Origin: Bugula neritina
Lineage: Eukaryota; Animalia; Bryozoa
Assembly: GCA_964035545.1 (NCBI GenBank)
Contig: OZ037766.1
Coordinates: 6,872,722-6,936,721, forward strand
DNA length: 64,000 nt
Reading direction: 5' to 3'
Positions 14,189 through 28,814 of the stretch are shown here, piece after piece. The number at the start of each line of letters is the position of its first letter. The first letter of the stretch is position 1. The notes below the pieces were generated by a model, which saw only the letters and a program-made list of their open reading frames with translations, was not told the origin of the DNA and did no database searches. The translations under genes and the position numbers were made by a program.

Positions 14189-15590
14189 CAGGCTAAATTT
14201 ATATATGCTAGTAGCTCGCAGTTAAATAGAAGACATTAAACCCTCATTAATTCATGCTGCATATAAATATAGGTTACCTGAATTCTAGATTCTAAAAACA
14301 GAACAAGCATGCTGTTCATCATTAGGTATAAATAAGAGTATGTCATTTGACCTAACATCAAAGTTGAATATTTCGAGCATAAAACTGATATTACCAAAAC
14401 TAGCTTTGAAACTCCATACAATGTAGTAAAGCAGTGAGAGAAGAGCCCCTGGGCTTTTTAGATAATTATATATTTTGATAAATGTTTGTTTGTATGTACA
14501 GTATGTATTTCATAATTATTAGTAATATTTTAAAAATGTATATCAGTTATAATGATTAGTCATATTATATAACAGTTACTAGTTCTCATGCGCACTTATA
14601 TTTGCATTTTGGGTAGTAAGAAATATATATATAACATTTTCAAACTTCGATCCTTACTACTTAACTATGAGTAACAATACCACAATGGTGACAAGTAAAA
14701 CTGTGGGAAATTGTTGTTTTTGGTACTATATCCCAAATCATCAAGTTTATAAATGAAATATGAATAGTAATATTTTTATAAATAAAAAATAACTAAAGCA
14801 CACAAAATTTTCTTTAGCTCCGTATTATATATAATTATATGGGCAATTTACATTTTTCACTGAAACATTACATTGGAGTAGATGTCAGAATTTAGCCTGT
14901 AGCAAGTAGCCACTAAAACCATTTTCTCTTCCTCATGGTCAGTCACCACTTAACTCTTTGATGGTGAAGATTACAAATTTAGATGAAGTTCTTTGAAGAT
15001 ATTATAAGCTGAAAATGTAGTTCAGTATGGAAAGTCATTACCCAGTAAGTCTATGCATATTAAATAAATATGTCGGCATGTTCCAAATTAGAACAAGTTC
15101 TACATTAAAAAATCAATTTTTTTACTAGTTGAACAATAGTTTGGCAGCTGTGCTTTTCCAAAACTCAACAATGAGCCTGTGATCTTCCAAGTGCTTCGGG
15201 TGGCTTAAAACTCCCTTCTTACAAATTATTCTCAGCCATAAGAATAGCTTTGGTAAGAATCTTTATTCTGACAGACTACCTTTTCAGTGACCAAAACAGA
15301 ATAATTAAATAATTTTTTTCTATGTATAAATACTAATCATAATAAAGCACTGCATAATATGATGTCTTCTATAGATACTATTCGCTGGCATTATCTAAAT
15401 TTCTTATCACAAATGTATATATGTTTGAGAGCCCAACTGTAGACTATACACAGTAATAATAGGCAGCACGCAGCGTAATTCAATAGCATAGTGGCTAGTG
15501 GCTAGAGGCATCTACGTCAGACAGTCAGCATTGATCACATGACTAGCCCATTCACTTTGTGCCAGTGGGTGAATGAAAGCACAAGGAAAG

Positions 15591-18500
15591 ATGGGACTGC
15601 AGTTACACGACACTCTCAGGCTTTTCGTTTCTATTTTATCTGTAGCTTCAATTATCTTTGAAATATCAGGTATGGTGCTGAAATAGCTATTTATTTATTT
15701 GTATAGAATTTTCCTTAAATTTGAACTTAAAATATATATGTTACAAGTTTTGGGGGTAAAAGTTTATAAAGCTATAAAATTCAGAAAAACTTTAAAACAA
15801 CATGTATTAATTTTTTTTCTGCAAAGAAAATTGCTATTCTATGACATTTGTTACAAATAATTTGGGCATTTTCTTTGAATGCTCCTCTAAAATTGTACAG
15901 AAATATATAATTTGGTCAGTACTGGATTTAACAAGTTCCTTGCTTTTGTAATATTTTGAAGGTGTAGTGATTTGCACAGTGCTTCATTTACGTATAAAGG
16001 AAATTTGAATCAAGTGAAAATAGTTACTTCGGATATAATACAATCATTTGATATTAGCTATTAGTTATATTGCATTATATAATGGCTTCCCTGTGTTCTT
16101 GTTCCTTATTTACTTGACCAAATTCCTGCCAATCATTTTGTAATGTGTTTTCAAGATGTCTAAACGCAGCCTAATTAGTTCTTACAAGTAGATAATTCTC
16201 TCTATATAATTATATCTAAATATCAACTATTGCAATTTTAGTTATAATATATTACATATATAAAATATATATTTTTTATACACTGACAGGGTAACTCAAG
16301 TTGTATAATATCAATAATATATAGAACTGGACATAATGTCATTTGGCAATAATAGCTTTGTAAATCTATAGTCGTGCAGGGCATTGTTTCTCTAAAACTA
16401 ACAAGTGGCCGCAATTAACCACATACTTTCCTTAATTAAATTGTGGTGACTATAAAAACCATAAAAAAACCTGGGGACTGCCAACCTGTTTTCTTTTAAT
16501 GACTGAATACAAACTTTCCTATATATCTGTATATTAGAGTAGCAGTCTAAAGTTTCCTCCACATTTAACATAGGTAGTCAATCCGCAGTCCGGCTCTCAG
16601 TATTTTAATAAAAATAGAATTTCTTCTAACAAATTTGATGCGACTTAACAATACTATAATCAAATAGAATGTGGCCAGCAAGTCAACCTTTCATAGCTAA
16701 TTGTGAAAGAATATTTTACTGCAGCCATTCTGATGTTTTTCAATTTCCATTTTAATTTTAAGACAGATTTGCAATGTTTTATACAATTCTATGATTTTCT
16801 ATAAATGGATTTACTGGAGTTGCTATAAGAATATTATAGAAACCTTTACAAGCAGCTTGTATTAAAATATAATTTAAACATGCTTAAAGTAGCAATTATT
16901 ATTATTGAAACACTTGTATATATGATCTATTGTATTTGTGAGATAAACACTCCTAGAAAAACGCCGTTCTTTTTTGTGTTTTTCTAATAACTTTTTGTAG
17001 GCCAATCAATAAAAGATACACCTTACCACGTTGACCAATACAATGGTGTGGAATACAGTGTGAGATACTGGCAATACCAATACACATGGGAGCAGGCAAA
17101 AGACACCTGTGCCAGGAAAGGTCTGAGTATAGCCAGAGTACCAATTCCTCCACTACTCATGGCGGATCTGGACTTCTTGTCTCAGTCTTACATAGAATCA
17201 GATGTGTGGATATTGGACGCCTCCACAAGCACACAGTGTAGCTCGCTGAAGAAACAGTGCAAGGATGGAAAGTTACGGACCTCAGCTCTCGGAACAACGT
17301 ATCAGTGCGAAGAAGAAGAGTGGGTGCCGGTGGCCAAGGAGTGCAGCGCTCAGCTACGTTATGTTATTTGCTCCGAAGGTAAGCTGTGCTCTCTCATTTT
17401 AGTTAAAGTTTCGTTACTCTCTGGTCTGAATATTTGATAGATGTGGGCGCCAGGCTTATCTTATTTGAGGAAGCTAGTTGCAGACTATTTGCAGATCAAT
17501 GCCCATGCTGCCAACTTATCATTCACTGTGCATGGTTGGTGAAAACAAAATCTAATAGAAATTGCTTTCAAATTTTTTGAAGTAATGTAGTTCAATTATG
17601 CAATAGTAGCTTTTGTCATTAAGCTTTTAAAGTAAATGGCTCTTTTTATATGTATAAACACATTACAACAATCATTTGAGTTTTAGGGAGACTTTGTTTT
17701 TTAATTTCTAAAAACTTTTTCAAAGAACTAGCTTGTATGTATGTATAGCTAGATATCTGGTATGCTCTCTGGCGTAAACAACTTCTTTGGGGAACAAATA
17801 ATATGTTTGATGCCAGATGCTTTGCTATATGCAATGTTATTCTAGCTATGGTGCAGATTTCTTTCTGCCTTATCTCAAGGTGGCTCAGCAGTCTGAACTT
17901 TGGTTTCAGCTATTACATAATATCTTACCAAGTTTCAGCATCTCAACTAAACAAAATCAGCCTGCTTGTCCATATTCGTCTTCTGCTCCAACCCCTTTCC
18001 ATTCAAACATAATAAGTATTTCCATACAAACTACATTTGAGTAACAGCTGTTGAAAAAAATAATGTTGGTTATGTGCTTGGAAAATCCAAATTTTGTTCC
18101 CCACATCACACATTTCAAAACTTCACAGGTGTTTTCCAAAGTTCAACTTTCTGAAAAATTAAAAACAACTTTTCAAGTCTCTAGAAGATTTTAAAATATA
18201 ACTACAGCTGACTACCTAAGTGACTAAAAATATATCTTTTTTTACATAAGATAAGATATAACAGTTTTTCAAATATAATTTTATTTATTCATGCATCATT
18301 TTTATTACTCCATTTATGTGTTTAATGTGGCAAAAAGTCCCAGATATAATAATATGCAGATATATTGGTTTTAGTTGATTTCACCAGAATAACACTTGAA
18401 TTTTGAAACAAATGATGACTGGTAACAAAACTGATATATTTTTGCTGTTTATTATTAAAATTTGCTACATTGAGGTATATATAACTTTTAGTAACTAGAC

Positions 18501-21500
18501 CTGGATATGATATAGCTTGCAAAATAATGTATGCAATACTTTCATCTACTTGGTGATCATTTGTCAACCTTTCTGCACACTCAGACAGTCTCTGAGTAAG
18601 TCAATCTACACACAGAATGTATCCATCAACAACATTGCTTACTATAAGTGTGGAAAAGTAGATTCCATGCCGGATGTTATCTCCCCAAGAATGCAGACAG
18701 TGCTGCCAGTTGTTGAATGATGTGGGAATATTCCATAGCGCATGGCCCATTGTATTTGTGTCTCTATAAATACTATGTATGGGGTGGATTCACACATTTC
18801 TGTGCAGCTCAAAGCATTGTAGTGTGGTCTTAGATGTAAGGGCATTAGAAAGTCTCCAATAATTCTAGCTCTGAGGAATTTACAACTGTATGCTTTCTAC
18901 ATTTCAAATGAATAAATATTTTGTATATGCAGCATTACCCCCCCATTCACACTTTGCCATATTGTATGCCATAACGTAAATTATCAGCCATTTTTACAAA
19001 TGTCTGAGCTTCCTGTACGATACATTAGGATCAAGCACTGCTTGATTCAAACAAGTTACGACCGGCTCCTATTTGACAGAAAAACTGTTGTGTTAACTCA
19101 TTGGATATAATTGTCCAATGAAGTGTCATAGATCGTACCTAATAGCAGACTTTGAAAACTTCAGCCGGACACATTCAAAATGGCTGACATTTTACGTCAC
19201 GGCAAAGTGTGAATGGGGGGTTAATTGCCTGCTAGTAGCTGACTAACGTGGCCAGATTTTTAACAGATATTTTTACTAACTTATGTAAGAGATGTGCTGC
19301 CAACATGTGCCAACATGCTGGCAGCAGCCTCAGACTGAGCTATTCAGTTGTGATATTTAAAATAATGGTCTGACTTGAAGGCATAACTGACTAATTCAAA
19401 AATTTTTACAATTTGAACAAGCATTATGGGAACAGTTATGTTAACGCTCAAAGTGATGGAAATTATAAATATGCATTTATCCACAGTGTTTGCAAGGTCT
19501 CATTATATTACACTTTCTAGCACTAAATTTCTCACATTCGCGATAAATGCAAGGTTAATATAACCTAGTCTGTTGAAGAACTGAAAAAAAACTTTTCCCT
19601 TACTATCCAGTTATAAAATTGCTTTGACACTTTTCAACACAGGACCACTTAATTGCAGTTTACTGTTATTTATAAAAGCTGATTTAGTGCAAATTAACTC
19701 CTGTAGAACTTCTTTGCTTGTTCTTTTCACATTGTAATTGAGTTATCTTCAAAGTATTTGTTGTCAGCAGAAACTGTCAAAAGTTGAGATCAATTGGACT
19801 TGTATAAGGTTATGCTTTAATTCAACGACCTACACACTGGAGGCTGCTTTTCTTTCCTTTTGCGCTGTGACACAAAATAGATTGATAAATTGGAAATGCT
19901 AATAGCTGCGAGGGATTTGCACAAATTAATAACCATATATATGAGGCTGTCACTGTGATTGTAAATGAGTATGTCAGTATAACTAATTGATTTCTTATAG
20001 TTTTCTCAAGTTATATAACAGCTACACCATATTAACCTCAGCTTTATCACATGCTCAAGTGATGAAATTGCCAACACATTTGATTGCAGACGTTCATAAG
20101 ATTGGGTCAAGTATTTTGAAAGCTAATTATTCTCCTAGCAGAAATAAAAACAAAAACATCTTCTGAAATACGTGTTGATTTGCTCAAGTGGAGTCTAACC
20201 TTACACAAACCCAGCTTCTGAATTTAAATGAATTTTTTTTATAAAGTTACAAAATTTCAAACGCCTAATTAGTACTACAAAAAAGTCATCTAGCAATTTT
20301 TCAAGAGTATATATTGAACTTATATTTAATTATTGAATTGACTCAATATCTGCATGACCAGAAGTTACTAGTCGACTGTATGTCTTATTGTGTAGGATAT
20401 TGTCAAACGTTGAGGAAGGAAAAACTGCAATAAAAGTGTTGATTATCAGAATATTTTCTCCACAAAGCAACCAATAACTAACTTTAACAGCCCAGAATCT
20501 ATACTGTCTCCGAATTATGTCTATTCTCAAGTTATTGACTTTATTGTAGGTATCAGTTTCATATACTTATAGTGCAATGAGCTCTAGAAAAGGAACTAAA
20601 CAACACCCCATTGTTTCTGAAACGATAGTAAATTAAAACACAAATTATAACTATTGGTATGCAACAGGTCATTACTTGATAAACTTGTTACATTCTTCTG
20701 ATAAGGCTAATCACAAAAAATTAAATATTAGATATAATATTTAGATGTAGGGTCAATTTTTTCTCAAAAAATGTTGCTAGCCAAATAGTTGAAGATATAA
20801 CTCATATACAGCTAGCTGCAGCGATATCTGACATTTACTATTATCTATCAAATAACTGAAATTACAAAGTTTAAAAATAACATGCAATTTTTCTTTTGCC
20901 AAGTGAATTTGTTAGCTAAAGAAACTCATGTGCTAAACACAATTATCAAACTGGAAACACTATCTAACTTTAAAAGGGTATACTGATCTACGTGAGCCCT
21001 AAAAGCTGACAATTGGAATATTCTAGAATAAAAGTGAATGTAACGCACACCAGTAGAGTAATACTGGCAGTGACAGCAATACTGTTGTGGATATCATAAT
21101 TTGACAAGTACCTGCAGTAACATCTGACACTTGTTACTATCTGTCATTTACTCAAAAATTTAGCTTATAATGAAATAATTTTCTGCACTGCTCAGTGTAG
21201 TTAGCAACTGTGCCAGATTAAATTTTCTGACACAAGCAAATTACAAATGTATACATGGTCTAACCTGGCATACAGTTTATATAACATAATTCTAACAGTT
21301 TTAGTGACCTTATTCAACTACCAAGCAGATGTTTACTAGTGAGCTAAGCAACTCAAAAATCTTTTAACACTATCACAAGTTCGATGTACTTATTGAACAA
21401 GCAAATTTACAAATTTCATATGATTGAGACTAATATTTTAGCATGAATTATTTACATGGTTAAAGCTCATTGAAAATTCATAATGTTACTTTATTGGAAA

Positions 21501-24500
21501 CTAAATCTATTGATTAAGCCTTAAGGCATGTTTATAACTTAAAAATTGGTGTTAGTTTTTGTATATTTTGTTTTTAATTACTAAGACTTCTAAAGATAGC
21601 ATCATATTATATATCTATTTAATTGAGCAAATTAACTATTAGGACGAGAAATGTAAATTATTGCTAATTTTTCAATTGGTATTTGGTTTGGAGGTGCAGT
21701 TTTTATTTTATTTTCAAGACAGACAGCTTCTCAAGCTAAAACTAATATTATTAAAAGATCTGCAATTTCTAACCATGAAATATAGCAACACTCTGTTGAA
21801 GCTTCAGTATGTCCATCTGAAACTTCACTGCTAATTATCTTATGAAAACTAAATGCATTGTTTTCTTTGCTGTGTATAATTGTTTGAATATGGCTTTAAT
21901 TAGGAAAATGCTCCACCAGATAAATCCAGCACAGCTAGTTTATCTGCAGCTTAGATTTCACTGAGCAGAGCCCTGCCATAGACAAGTATTTCGTATCCAA
22001 ATTCTAACTTACATTACTGCATCCTTTTTTAGCAATATCCTGTATCCACACATGTTGTAAAATTGCATATTTTAAATTTTATTATAGAGCAAAAGACAAC
22101 AACATCTTCTACTACAACAACCACAACTCCAACAACTACGCCAACAACTACACCTACTACAACAACTACAGCTACAACCACCACGACCACCACTACGCCA
22201 AGTACAACTGCTGCTACAACTACGCAAACTCCCAGAACTATCAGACCTGTTGTTGTTGTGCCTGAACAAACAAGTTCACCAACAAACAAATCAAGTAATT
22301 CACGAAAACTTGGACCAAAAACCGAACAATTTGGTAAAAATGCCGTGTCTTTCTTTTTGGCTTTTAAAAGGGGTGACTTAGGTTTATTAGGTAAGTGTGC
22401 TCTTCTTACATTGATATATACTTATTTTATCTACATGCCATGTAAATGCAAGTCTGATATAAATCCAGCACAGGATGTGCCTATGAGCTGGCCTGTGATA
22501 CAGCTATGTAGTTCCTATGAAATATGAATTGGAGCTGATGCTACACTTTGATATGCTAGTGATTAGATCAAGTCCTAAGGATTTCCTGCTCGCTATCAAG
22601 CTGTCAGTGACTCATGTAGCTTTCATTTTGTTGTATTTCATCATTTTTATGGTGCGAGCTAGACAACCATATGTAGACTATTATGTACATCATTTGTGTG
22701 CATATACATAAAAGATATTAAAACATGTAAAAATGATATCAAAAAATGTGTGTGATTAAACCGCTAATTTGCAGAGTGCACAAACATGCTTTAACATTGG
22801 TTGTAGCCAAATTTCCTTAAAATGCTACAGCTTCTTTCCGTATATTTATAAGACATACTTTTGCTAAAGAGATATTTAATTAGTGATTAAAATACTCACT
22901 ATATTGTGGTCTGCTATAACTTTCAGAGAAACTAAAACGTTTTACTTTGAATGATAATTTCAGCTCTTGATCTAAACAATATGCATTGATTTAGTCCTAC
23001 TTGAAGTGTGTCTAGTGTCTAGTTGCTGAATTGAAAGAATATTTAATTTTCTTATTAATTTCCTTGAAGAATGAAAATGAAGATGACAGATATGATACAG
23101 TTGCAAAGTTTATGTTATGAATAACCTAATCCTTTTATGTACCACCATAGAGATATCATTTAATTTAGTGGCATGAGAGCAATATTTTTATTTAGTATTA
23201 AATTACTTAATTGTATGTTTTGTTTGGCAGGCTTAGTAATGGCTGTTGTAACTGGCACCTTTTTCATAATGGTTCTGTGCTGCCTGATATGCTGCGCCTG
23301 CAGAAGGAAATCTAAATATAAACAGAGGAAAAAGTAAGAAATTATGTTACAACTTTCTTATAACTGATTATAAGGTGGCAGACGTTGACTGTCTATAATG
23401 TCACAGTATATATCACTGCTGAAATGCTTGCAGTAATAACATGAAACAAGTGCATTATGTAGAATCTCGATGTGGTGGTGGGCATAAATAGGGTTATTAT
23501 ACCATTCACAGAATTAAAGTTGATATGTTATAACAATAATACATAATATATCAATATAAGGAAACACAAGGTTTTTGTTGATGGTCCTATATTTTACAAT
23601 GATTATATTAGGTGTAGAATTTACATTTTGTATTTCGAGTTTTACAAGCAACAAGTCTGACATAAAATAACTGTATTCTATTCAAAGTTTGAAGTGAATA
23701 AATCAAATAAATCAATTGAGGAGAGTTGTAAATGACTCTGTTGTTAGATTTGTGATGGTAACTGTAACTGCTAACGTGACATGTGATGAAAGCTTTGTTC
23801 CACTTTCTTGAATGTATTTCCAAATAACTTTGCAAAAGTAAAAGCTCTCTCAAATTATATAGAATAGTTACTGTATGTTGTAGGCAGCAAAATTTAGATA
23901 TCGGTGCCGCTGCCTCACTTTTGATAAAATACAGTTCTTTCCATGTGCTGAATACAAACTTTTAATAACCCAGAGTTCACAACTTATGCCTTCGTCTGAG
24001 TGATGTACAGCTTGCAAAAGCAGATAAATGCACAGATAGAATAACACGGACCTTCTAAAGTTACACTTTAAACATAAATTGTTGACATAAAATTTCATCA
24101 TGGCCCTGGCATGTGGTAAACACATCAGTGTTCACATGTAAAGTCACATGCGTGGTGCACTAAATGCTGCCTGACCGACAGCCTTTTGTAATATTGTGTC
24201 GTCATATCAATGATTCAATTGGTTCTGCTATGCATTTATTGACACATATGTTTATGATTTTGTAGTTTAAGGACACAGTAAACAATTAATAGGAAATAAT
24301 TACATAGTTTAGTTTCTTTTAGAATCAAAGTAACCAAACAGCTAGGATATAAAATTGATTAGGATGATGATCATTTTTTGAAAAATATCCTCATTTGCTT
24401 CAATTTAATTCCTAATTTGTGACAATGATGATGGGTTATTGACAGCTATTGCTGATATAAATATATAGTTCAAGGAAAAACAACTTCAATTTTGTAAGTT

Positions 24501-25173
24501 ATGTACTTATAGGTATGAGCTAATACACGGGTTTTCCAGCAACACTATGGACAGGGGTCATAAAACAGACACCACTGAGGATACCAGTATTGAAGATGGA
24601 AGCAGCGATGGCCGTAGCCAAAGTACCAGACATGATGATGCATATGATGCAATGATATTTCCAACAATGCTACCCCCACCCCCATTGCTTGAAGAGCACA
24701 CAACTACAGCAAGCGTGTATGATGTAAGGTCAAACAACTCCTTACAAGATATAAACACACCCAGAAGATACAACACAATGAATGGAAGAGTTCCCCAACA
24801 GCGAGCCATTGACAATAGCGTGTACGCCTCTATCAACAGGCACAGGAATCCAGAGAATAGCCATTTTGAACTTACTAAACACCAAGACATCCCCTTACCA
24901 CCACCTCCACCCGAAATAGACCCCAGTATAGATTTAGTAGATCGCAATGGACACTCGCTATCTAGAGGAATGTCACAATGTAGTATAGCTGGCTGTAGAT
25001 CTGACACAGGAACACTGAATAGTAATCGTTCTATGCAGAGTAAGCAGAGTAGAAGATCAAGAAAAGAGTCGCCTCTCCCAACCACTCACACTCCTGCGAA
25101 AGGTCATGCAGCAAGGTCACAAAGAAGAGGTACCTATAGAGAAAGTATGGAGCTTGCTTCAACTAATTTGTAA
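15591..25173 (+). CDS. Type I membrane protein, ~507 aa: signal peptide, C-type-lectin-like domain, Thr-rich mucin stalk, TM helix, long Tyr/Pro-motif tail (exons 15591-15669, 17001-17378, 22088-22390, 23231-23333, 24513-25173; alternative in-frame ATG at 15573)
   Basis: Signal MGLQLHDTLRLFVSILSVASIIFEISG. CTLD YTWEQAKDTC..VWI..C..W..EC..RYVICS. Poly-Thr stalk. TM LVMAVVTGTFFIMVLCCLICCAC followed by RRKSK. Phases consistent (1524 nt). Confidence 0.85.
18938..19220. mobile_element. Non-autonomous DNA transposon (PIF/Harbinger-Tourist-like MITE), ~283 bp
   Basis: TIRs CCCCCCATTCACACTTTGCC / GGCAAAGTGTGAATGGGGGG, with subterminal inverted matches (ACGTAAATTATCAGCCATTTT / AAAATGGCTGACATTTTACGT). 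TTA flanks both ends (18935-18937, 19221-19223). Confidence 0.8.
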
Positions 25174-26274
25174 AACTACCCAACGCTTATAATACTCAAC
25201 AAATTGACTTTATTACACAGCCTAAATTTTGACTACATACATTATTTAGCCACCAAGCTTCTCCTCATTCATCTCACTATAAACGAGATCCCAAATACTA
25301 GACTCTATGTGCCGAGGGTAGTGGGATGCAGTCATAGATATGATCTTAGGCTATATATGTGGTATTACTACTGTTGAAAGATAATTTATGGTCAGTATAA
25401 AAGCCTCAACTACCAGAAAATAACCTGCTTGCTACTGCTGATGAATTCTTCATAAAATAATTTAGTTTTTGTTAACTTTTTCATCATCATTAATAACTTT
25501 GAAATTTTCTCAGTTATGGTAATATGTACACTGCCCAAATTTGATTGGTGAGATCGTATAAAATTGTCCAGAAATTAAGGCCTTACTGAGGCATAAACTA
25601 TATGATTATTGTATATTATATTTTGAAATTGTTGATTTCTGATGGTTTAATAATAATTAGTCTTACGTTTACTAAGTGACAATTACAAAAAATCATGCTA
25701 TCAAAGGTTTTAAGCACTTGAAAATTATTCAAATATGTATGAGAATACGCTAAAAAATATAACTATTCCCACCAACAGCATGCCCTGGTGCTACCACATT
25801 GTATAATATTATATTTTCTCTGCTATTTCTTGAATGTTGTATACTATTTACTAAAAAGTATTTATATAATGTACATTATAAATTGCAATACAATGATTGA
25901 ACTTTGCTAGCTTTGAAATGAACCTGTATTCACCAAATAATGTATCAAAAAAGTTTTTACTCAAGTAGGAAAATAAACTTTACTTTCTTTTGCAAAAAAG
26001 TGACTAACTAGTAAATTTATCAAATTTTCAACAGATTGGCAACTAAATCAGGTATTGATTCTAAAAGTTAAAATTAATCAAAATACATAGTTTAATGATA
26101 CTTTACATATTTTTGGAACTTCCGAACACTATTATAGGTATTAGTGTTTTTGAGCACAATATTTTCATTCTGAATAACTACTGAAATAAAAAATTACTGC
26201 ATAACAAGCACATGGCACCTATAAAGCTTAAAAATTCAAATGATAAATACAAGTAAATATTACACAGAGCAAGC

Positions 26275-27099
26275 TTATAACGAATTTTCTAGATACTGCA
26301 AAAATACTGTCGCTAGCTTAGCTGAGTCCCTTATAGGATTCATTTTTGTATAAGTGATAAATTGCCTTCTGATTTTATTCAGTTCCGCAAGTGAATAGTG
26401 TCTAACCAGCTGCAGTTCACCTGCATTTGGTACTTTGATTTTATCACCTATGACTCTATCCTTTTGTGTGCTGACAATAAACTTAACAGTTTCATTTGTG
26501 ACTTTATCTAGCTCATACATGAAATCTGTGGCTTGCAGAGGCTGTGCTACAGTGCTGAGGTTAGGCGGTGGGGCCTTTGATTTAAATAAAGCACATTCAA
26601 TGTCTTCCAAATCCAATTCTCCATCAATTTGCACTGTGAAAAGAGGAGAATCCCATCTGGACTGACCATTTGGTTCTTCATATCTCATCATTAACTCATT
26701 CATTAGCTTTTCAGAATATTGGCCACTCTCTTTGGAGAGGTTAAGTTCTAGTGCTTTTTCCTTTGCTATGTCACACCATATCACACAATGAGGAGTTTGA
26801 GCTGACTTAGTAACGCAGTACAACTCATATCTATAGCCTTTTATGTAATTCAAAGAATCAACAATCACGAGAGTATCTTTATTCAAATGTTTCTGAACTT
26901 GTGATTTGAGGTATGCACGAAGGTTTTTCTCATTATGAGAGCTACTGTACGTAAATTCTCTTTCAAATCCAGTAAATTGCTCATCATTGACAACAATACA
27001 CTTTTTGCCAGGATATTTGGTAGTAAAGTAGCTAAGCAATTTTTCTGTCCGACAGCTTTTACCACTGCTCGGATACCCAGTAACAATGGCAAGAGGCAT
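26275..27099 (-). CDS. KTI12: KTI12 homolog (Elongator-associated P-loop ATPase), single coding exon, 274 aa
   Basis: MPLAIVTGYPSSGKS P-loop, DSLNYIKGYRYELYC, RYEEPNGQSRWDSPLF, LAELNKIRRQFITY. Confidence 0.97.
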   Translation of the reverse strand: MPLAIVTGYPSSGKSCRTEKLLSYFTTKYPGKKCIVVNDEQFTGFEREFTYSSSHNEKNLRAYLKSQVQKHLNKDTLVIVDSLNYIKGYRYELYCVTKSAQTPHCVIWCDIAKEKALELNLSKESGQYSEKLMNELMMRYEEPNGQSRWDSPLFTVQIDGELDLEDIECALFKSKAPPPNLSTVAQPLQATDFMYELDKVTNETVKFIVSTQKDRVIGDKIKVPNAGELQLVRHYSLAELNKIRRQFITYTKMNPIRDSAKLATVFLQYLENSL

Positions 27100-27949
27100 T
27101 CCCAGTTAAGTCTACAATCCAACAGAAACTATATAATTGTTTTACTTATAATTAATAGATTCTACTGTAACTTCAAATATGAGACAATAGAACTTAGTGG
27201 CTGGCTGCACTTGCTTAATACAATGACACTTTCACTGCGATGACAACTTTGAACAAATATTTTATTGTTTGGATAAATATTTGATGCCTGGCACAATGAT
27301 ATACTGGAAGATCTTAGCTAACTTCTCATCAATAAAAAATGTAAAGCTGTTAATGTATACACCAACATGAGACAGTCTACAGACAATATTAAACAAAGAT
27401 GAGAATGATAGTGAAATATTCTTTTAGAGCACTACTCATTAGTTTCTGTTATAAAGAGTTGAAAGCACCAAATCAAAATAATTTAATAAATAGTGGCAAT
27501 TTAAAAAGTAAATAATAGATACTAAATAAAATATTCTGGAATACAATCAAAATCAATACACTGGTAATACAAGCATGCAAATATATTCTACCTTAATTTC
27601 AATCCTTTTATTAAACTTAATTCACTACCTCAATTTTACTAGTAAACTTATGTGATGAAATTCCTTTATATTTTAAAAATCTTAGAACAATAATTGGGTA
27701 AACAGATTAAAATTTTCGGCTCAAACTTAAGTTTTGAAGCATTGATTCCTTAAAATTATCCACCGAAGTCAATTAACTTGTTCAACTATCATGAAGTTGA
27801 TTTATGATCACTCATCTACGTAAATTATTTTTAATTTAGGCAAAATTGATAATAATTTATTAATGTATTTATTTTTGAAAGGAAGAAGAGATATCACACA
27901 TGATCCGAACAATCTTCAACTTGAACTCTATTATAAGAATAAAAACAAA

Positions 27950-28800
27950 AACTTCTAGTTTCACTTAGTATTACTATTACCATAAGAGAAGTATTAGTAT
28001 AATTCTAACTATTACTTGGTAACTTACAGCTACTGTTAGACTTGGTGTTACTCTTAGTATTACCCATTAACTGATCAAGTTTAGCTTTAAACTAAAGCTC
28101 TCAGATCCAAGGCTAAGAGCAACTCAGTAAAACTAAAAGTATATTTACCTATTGAATTTGATATGGTACAAATCTCGTAGTGGGACTATAACTATAAGTA
28201 TAAGATTTAGAGTAGGTATAACTATAAGAGTAAAAGTATAACTATTACTCTAATACTATTTGTATTACTATTACTGTATTAGTTAGGTATAATTAATATT
28301 ATACTTATAGTTATTGTGAAGTTATACCAATACTAATAATAATACTAATTAATAGTAATACTAATACAGTATGAGTATTACTAATAGTTCATGCTTTTAC
28401 TTATAGTTATACTAATACTTATAGTTATACTTATACTAATATCAATAATAATAATACTATAACTATAAGTACTATAACTATAAGTACTATAACTATAACA
28501 GTATAACTATAACAGTATAACTATAAGTATAAGGGTAACGTTAACTACAAGATTTTCATTAACTTTAAATTTGAGCAATACATTTTCATTTACTACGACT
28601 ACGAGTAGTACTAGTACTAGAGTAAGTACGAGTGTCCAGTACCACTATCACTATCAGTATGAGTATGAATATCAATATCAATATGAATATCAATATGTCT
28701 ACGAGTACGTAGCGGTAGTCGTAGAGAATAATTATTAAATTATAATCATAATAGATCTATAATATTTACAACAATGCCATAGGCAACAATAATAACTGAG
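27950..28800. promoter_or_regulatory. 6-bp-periodic A(C/G)TA tract upstream of KTI12
   Basis: (ACTATA/AGTATA)n runs. Contains CACTATCACTATCAGTATGAGTATGA, also present in the 11.6-kb tract. Role inferred. Confidence 0.45.
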
Positions 28801-28814
28801 TGGACTACAGTAAC

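Noticed and set aside
22029-25085. Val-rich and other antisense ORFs (22029-22289, 22072-22269, 24558-25085)
   Set aside because: Shadows of the lectin-receptor exons on the opposite strand.
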